Assembly (NCBI GenBank): GCA_035559535.1
Contig: DATMBG010000036.1
Coordinates: 62,001-126,000 of the forward strand
Length of the DNA: 64,000 nucleotides
Direction: 5' to 3'
Origin: Candidatus Limnocylindrales bacterium
GTDB taxonomy: Bacteria; Moduliflexota; Moduliflexia; Moduliflexales; JAUQPW01
Below are positions 59,420 through 64,000 of this stretch, piece after piece (within the stretch, counting starts at the first letter, position 1; each line of letters begins with the position of its first letter). Made by a program: the position numbers and the translations under genes. The notes under the pieces are model-generated. The model was not told the origin of the DNA, ran no database searches, and saw only the letters and a program-made list of their open reading frames with translations.

Positions 59420-60433
59420 ATGACAAGTAGAGTAGGTATTATTGCAAATCCCTTATCTGGAAAGGATATTCGGCGGTTGGTTGCCCATGCGACGGTTGTA
59501 GATAATGTGGAAAAGGCTAATATCCTGCGTAAGATCCTCCTGGGACTGGATTCGATGGGTGTGGATGAGATTCTTATTATGCCGGATCAATACGGGCTGG
59601 GACATAGAGCTCTGAGTAACCTCTCGAAATTGAAAGCCACGGTCTCTTTTGTTGAAATGCCTGTAACCGGTTACCAGGAAGATACTGTAGAAGCCACCCG
59701 GATTATGCGGGAGATAGGAATCCATTGTTTGATTGTTTTGGGAGGAGATGGGACCAACCGGGCTGTTGCCAAAGAGTGTAGAGATATTCCTCTCATCCCC
59801 ATATCTACAGGGACCAACAACGTCTTCCCCTATATGGTGGAAGGAACCATTGCCGGGCTGGCCGGAGGTTGTATTGCCAGGGGGTGGGTCCCTATCGAGA
59901 CCATCACCTTCCCAACCAAGAAATTAAATATTTATAAAAATAATCGATGGATAGATCATGCCCTCATCGACGTAGTGGTTTCAAAAGATTTGTTTGTAGG
60001 GGCCAGGGCCATCTGGGATGTGAAAAGGATTTGGGAGATCATCTTAACCCGCGGAGAACCGACCCATATCGGAATGGCCTCCATCGTAGGAGCTTTTCAT
60101 CCGATTCCTGCAGACAGCGATACCGGCATCCATATAATCCTGGAAAACAGTCAAAGCGGGAGTAAGAAGCCCCCCTCTTTACAGATCCGATCTATGATTG
60201 CTCCCGGACTGAGTGAAGTCGTGGGAATATCCGAATACAAGATCTTGAATATCGGAGATCGGATTTCCCTTCATCAAAGACCGGCCACGTTAGCCTTGGA
60301 TGGGGAACGAGAGATTGAAGTTGGACCTCGGGATCGGATCGAGATAGAACTTTCAAAGGACGGTCCTCGGGTTGCGGATATCAAAAAAACCCTCCAGGAA
60401 GCCGTTGAAAAAGGGATTTTTCAGGTAAAGTAA
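59420..60433 (+). CDS. AcoX-like NAD(+)/NADH kinase family protein
   Basis: VGIIANPLSGKDIRRLVA, LGGDGTNRAVA, STGTNNVFP, LALDGEREI. Confidence 0.85.
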   Translation: MTSRVGIIANPLSGKDIRRLVAHATVVDNVEKANILRKILLGLDSMGVDEILIMPDQYGLGHRALSNLSKLKATVSFVEMPVTGYQEDTVEATRIMREIGIHCLIVLGGDGTNRAVAKECRDIPLIPISTGTNNVFPYMVEGTIAGLAGGCIARGWVPIETITFPTKKLNIYKNNRWIDHALIDVVVSKDLFVGARAIWDVKRIWEIILTRGEPTHIGMASIVGAFHPIPADSDTGIHIILENSQSGSKKPPSLQIRSMIAPGLSEVVGISEYKILNIGDRISLHQRPATLALDGEREIEVGPRDRIEIELSKDGPRVADIKKTLQEAVEKGIFQVK

Positions 60434-60471
60434 TTTTTCAGAATCCAAAGGAAAGGACCCAGATCGGCCTT

Positions 60472-62028
60472 CTAGGTCGATTTTTCTACGATTCTTCCTT
60501 CCACCTGGGGCGAAATGACCCCTTGTTTCTGAATGTATTCCTGGAGCAGATCGATCAAACGGATGTGAGTATCGTGGTAGTTTTTTCTATTCTCCAAAAA
60601 GATAATATAACCATCTCCCCCCTCCGCCAGGTAGTTGGTGGTTGAGACCTTATACAGGCGATCCGGTACCAGCGGGGTTCCGTGTACCTTGACTTCCAGA
60701 ACTCTTTTTCCCAGGGGAGCCTTAGCGTTATAGGTATAGGTCAGCCCGGAGACCTGCAGGAACCGTCCGGCTCCCTTTTCAACCTGACTCACACTGTTTT
60801 CCAGGGCTTCCCGAATGTCTGCCCCGGTGATCTGGAAGGTTACGAGGGTGTTTCCTAAAAAGGGGAATACCCGATAAAGATCTCCCAGGGTAATATCCCC
60901 TTTCTGGATAGACGCCCGAATAGCCCCTGCGTTAATGAAAGAAATATCCGTTTGGGTATGGCTTCGTATCATGTCGGCGATGAAATTTCCCAAATTAGAT
61001 TCCCGGGAACGAATCCAATCCCGCTCCCCGTTGAGTTCTACCTGGGTTTTTCCGATAACCCTTTTCAGATCCTGGTTTAACTGGTCGGAGTAAATCTTTA
61101 AAAGGTGGGCAACTTCCTCATCGGGCTGGAGAACCCGGCTGTTAATGGGAATATTTTCGGCTTTTGCCTTTAGGATCTTTCCGTTTTCAACGACCAGGTC
61201 CAATCTACCCAGCGTTTTTCCCTGTCTATGGGTTTTAACATAAATCGTTGGGGGGTTTTCCAATTCCCTCATCGAAGCGGTTGATACCCGGGGGGTGGAG
61301 GAATCAACAGGCAGAATCCCATCGAAACCTTCGGTATGACCTCCGATAATGACATCGATTTCCGGAACCGCCTTAGCTAAGGCAATATCATCCTCATTAT
61401 CCTGGTGGGTCAGGGCAATAATAAGATCTACCCGATGACGAAGGGTCGAGACCACTTGATGGGCCAGAGGGATAGGATCCAGGACAGTAATCTGCTTAAC
61501 CAGGGCAGGGTTCATGATCTCTCGAGCTTCTACCGTGGTAAGACCCAGTACCCCTACTTTCAGACCATCGAATTCTCGAATCATCCAGGGTTGCGCCAAA
61601 TTAGGTGAGGAGGAGGTGGTATCTCTTCGTTGGATATTCGCACTCAGGAAAGGAAATCGGGCCAGATCCCTTAAATTTTGAAAAGCCGTAAGTCCAAAAT
61701 CAAATTCATGATTTCCGACCGTTACGGCATCGTATTTCATCGAATTCATAGCCAGAACATCGGGAACTCCTTTAAAAACGGTCGACATTAAAGTCCCTAT
61801 CAGAAGATCTCCGGAATTCAAGAGTAACACATTCTTTTCCTTAGCCCGAATTTCCTTAATAACGGTTGCCTGATAGGCCAGCCCTCCCATTCCATCTTCA
61901 TCGGGTAAGGCAGTTCCGTGGTGCTCACTGGTATGGAGAATGGTTAAACGGGTTTCGGCTTCAAGGACGGCAGGAAAAAAGAATCTGATTAAAAGTAGAG
62001 TTATTATAAACAGGCGTTGAGTTCTCAT
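60472..62028 (-). CDS. Exported 5'-nucleotidase / UDP-sugar hydrolase family metallophosphoesterase
   Basis: Signal peptide; GD, GNHEFDFG, IIGGHT, ESNLGNFIAD, FLQVSG, YLAEGGDGY. Confidence 0.9.
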   Translation of the reverse strand: MRTQRLFIITLLLIRFFFPAVLEAETRLTILHTSEHHGTALPDEDGMGGLAYQATVIKEIRAKEKNVLLLNSGDLLIGTLMSTVFKGVPDVLAMNSMKYDAVTVGNHEFDFGLTAFQNLRDLARFPFLSANIQRRDTTSSSPNLAQPWMIREFDGLKVGVLGLTTVEAREIMNPALVKQITVLDPIPLAHQVVSTLRHRVDLIIALTHQDNEDDIALAKAVPEIDVIIGGHTEGFDGILPVDSSTPRVSTASMRELENPPTIYVKTHRQGKTLGRLDLVVENGKILKAKAENIPINSRVLQPDEEVAHLLKIYSDQLNQDLKRVIGKTQVELNGERDWIRSRESNLGNFIADMIRSHTQTDISFINAGAIRASIQKGDITLGDLYRVFPFLGNTLVTFQITGADIREALENSVSQVEKGAGRFLQVSGLTYTYNAKAPLGKRVLEVKVHGTPLVPDRLYKVSTTNYLAEGGDGYIIFLENRKNYHDTHIRLIDLLQEYIQKQGVISPQVEGRIVEKST

Positions 62029-62798
62029 GGGTTCCGTCTATATTTCCTTAAATTTTTGATCAAGATCTCCATATCTTTGGGGAGTTTGGCTTCAAAGGTT
62101 ATTTCTTTGCCCTCCGTCGGATGCACGATACAGAGACTGCTTGCATGGAGAGAAAGTCGGGCCATAAGGGGTCTTTCGGGCTCATCTGATTTAGGCTTGA
62201 AACCCCGCTTAAGCTGCGATAGGTATAAAACTCCCCGGTTTCCATATATAGGATCCACAGCTAAAGGATATCCAAAAGCTTGCAGGTGAATCCGTAGCTG
62301 ATGGGTTCGCCCGGTTTTGGGTTGTAACCTGAGCAGCGTAAAACCAATAAACCGCTCCATCACCTCATAATCGGTGATAGCCTCCCTCCCTGCTTTAGGA
62401 TCGATGCGCATCACTCCCTTTTTTTGGGGATCTGTTCCAATGGGGAGTTGGATGGTCCCCCGATCCTCCTTCACAACCCCTTCTACCACCCCTACATAGA
62501 TTTTTTTTACCTCCCTGCGGAGAAATTGCTGGCATAACCTAGAATGGGCCTGGGCTGTCTTTGCAAAAATCACAACTCCACTGGTATCCCGATCAATTCG
62601 GTGGACTATCCTTACTTTTTCAGGTAAAGGGGAACCTGAAGGAACAGAAGAGGAACCGAGATATTCATTGACCCTTGCAAACAGGGTATCTTCCTCTTTA
62701 TTCCATCGCCCTGGAATAACCGGAAGCCCCGCCGGTTTATCTACCACGATAAGTTGGGAGTCTTCAAAAATAACACGGATTTCAGAATGAGACCTCAT
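62025..62798 (-). CDS. RluA-family pseudouridine synthase
   Basis: DKPAGL, HRIDRDTSG catalytic Asp, TGRTHQLRIH, LHASSL. Confidence 0.92.
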   Translation of the reverse strand: MRSHSEIRVIFEDSQLIVVDKPAGLPVIPGRWNKEEDTLFARVNEYLGSSSVPSGSPLPEKVRIVHRIDRDTSGVVIFAKTAQAHSRLCQQFLRREVKKIYVGVVEGVVKEDRGTIQLPIGTDPQKKGVMRIDPKAGREAITDYEVMERFIGFTLLRLQPKTGRTHQLRIHLQAFGYPLAVDPIYGNRGVLYLSQLKRGFKPKSDEPERPLMARLSLHASSLCIVHPTEGKEITFEAKLPKDMEILIKNLRKYRRNP

Positions 62799-63012
62799 TC
62801 TTTTACCAAACTTTTCACTGGACAGATGTGTCTAATTTTAATAAGCTTTGTATGGTTTACAAATAACATGTATACCTTTTTTAATGAAGAAGGTCAAGTC
62901 CCTTCCCAAAGGGTTAAAGTAAAAAAATAATCATACGTGTTTACTATACTTTTATATTTTTACTTTTTTTCATAAGTTATTGATTTTGTTTATCCAGGAA
63001 GGGTCAAGAAAA

Positions 63013-63077
63013 GTGTGGGAGTATAGGTGTAAATTCTCCTATCCTCCCATCCCCCCATACGCCCACACTCCCATACT
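63013..63077. repeat. Octamer repeat hairpin (GTGTGGGA / CTCCCATA type)
   Basis: gtgtggga gtataggt ... ctcctatc ctcccatc ccccatac gcccacac tcccatac; related to 10416..10503. Confidence 0.65.
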
Positions 63078-63186
63078 TTTCTTTTCATGGCTTTTCGTGG
63101 CGTAAGGGCTAAAAAATGCAAAAGTAGAGCAAAAAAGTACCCGGTCCAGGTTTCCTGGAAACGACACACAGAGGGGAGAGATCGTT

Positions 63187-64000
63187 ATGAAAAATAAAAA
63201 TTTGTTCGGTAAACTTCATAAGAAATTGTTGTTCTTTTTTTTATTGGTAGGACTTACACCGGTTATTATTGGAGGGATTATTGCCTATTATTATACCACT
63301 GGAATATTAAAAGAAAACGTTATCGGCGATTATCAACAATTGGTAGAAAACTCCGCCGACAGAATCACGATCTTTCTTCAAGAGCGTCTGCATGCCTTAC
63401 AGGTTTTATCCGATAATCCACTTATTCTTGGAGGCCTGAAATTTCCGGCGACTCTCCCCCGGGTGAGTGAATTTCTTAAAAGTTATGTGACCAGTTCTGG
63501 AAATTACTATCTACTTGCTCTTTTAGACGAAAACAGAAACGTTCTGGCCTCCAGCGAGACGACCCTTCAAACCGGAGAAATTTCAGAATTTCATCTGGAT
63601 ACCCGGGTGGGAGATTTTTACCCCTCTCCCCTTATTCAGAAACTGTTTCCCGATAGCAAAGGTTACACGTTAACCTTTTCCATCCCCATTACGAAGATTC
63701 AGGAAAAAGGAGGTTACCTGGTAGCTTTTTTGAAGTGGAGTAAAATAACTGAGAAAGTCAATGAGCTAAAGGCCACCCAATCCGAGCCCATCTGGATCCT
63801 TAACCAACAGGGCACTTACATCCTGCACCGGGATGAAAATAAAATCTGGAAGGAGCAAATTCCAGATGGGATTTCCACCCAACTGAAAAAGAACCGTAAT
63901 GGCTATTACATCGAAAAGGGAGAGTTGACGGTTTATATGCAGGATTTGAGTTATCAAGATTTAGGGGATTTAGGATGGACGGTTGGGATTTCCAAATCCC
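63187..64000 (+). CDS. Membrane sensor with extracytoplasmic Cache-like domain (kinase or chemoreceptor), 3' end outside window
   Basis: Manual translation MKNKNLFGKLHKKLLFFFLLVGLTPVIIGGIIAYYY...; RBS GAGGGG; absent from the ORF track because no stop lies in the window. Confidence 0.8.
   Translation, partial: MKNKNLFGKLHKKLLFFFLLVGLTPVIIGGIIAYYYTTGILKENVIGDYQQLVENSADRITIFLQERLHALQVLSDNPLILGGLKFPATLPRVSEFLKSYVTSSGNYYLLALLDENRNVLASSETTLQTGEISEFHLDTRVGDFYPSPLIQKLFPDSKGYTLTFSIPITKIQEKGGYLVAFLKWSKITEKVNELKATQSEPIWILNQQGTYILHRDENKIWKEQIPDGISTQLKKNRNGYYIEKGELTVYMQDLSYQDLGDLGWTVGISKS

Noticed and set aside
61918-61938. HTSEHHG instead of HTNDxHG in the 5'-nucleotidase
   Set aside because: Conservative Asp-to-Glu change with the other metal motifs intact; insufficient to claim altered function

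Overview
Bacterial chromosomal window from a host that is visibly not high-GC (not computed), so probably not an actinobacterium. Left end (1.2-8.5 kb): an AT-rich accessory hotspot bracketed by a 261-bp direct repeat of the 3' end of a dppC/oppC-type permease gene. It holds PA14-domain membrane proteins (one intact, one decayed copy just outside the repeat), a beta-propeller-like orphan and a broken IS4/Tn5-like transposase. Next come a peptide ABC cluster with a Tat-type sugar-class binding protein inside it, tRNA-Asp, metabolic and signalling genes (amidohydrolase, hydratase, cytochrome c, paaK, TPP enzyme, radical SAM, DJ-1, hybrid kinase, PAS-GGDEF-EAL, ddl), and a partner-switching cluster followed by an active-site-divergent ATCase homologue. 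A complete Pup-proteasome operon follows (arc-dop-pup-prcB-prcA-pafA), with a long GGE-ending Pup and unusually similar Dop and PafA. The right part has a 2-oxoacid dehydrogenase cluster, trpB2, prfA, an 832-aa TPR-FtsY fusion, an acoX-like kinase, a 5'-nucleotidase, an RluA-family gene and a truncated Cache sensor. Intergenic DNA is rich in repeats. The most striking is a non-autonomous MITE family with 9-bp target-site duplications that sits 16-17 bp upstream of sigma70 -35 boxes and has its inner core flipped between copies. All calls come from manual motif recognition; no searches were run.
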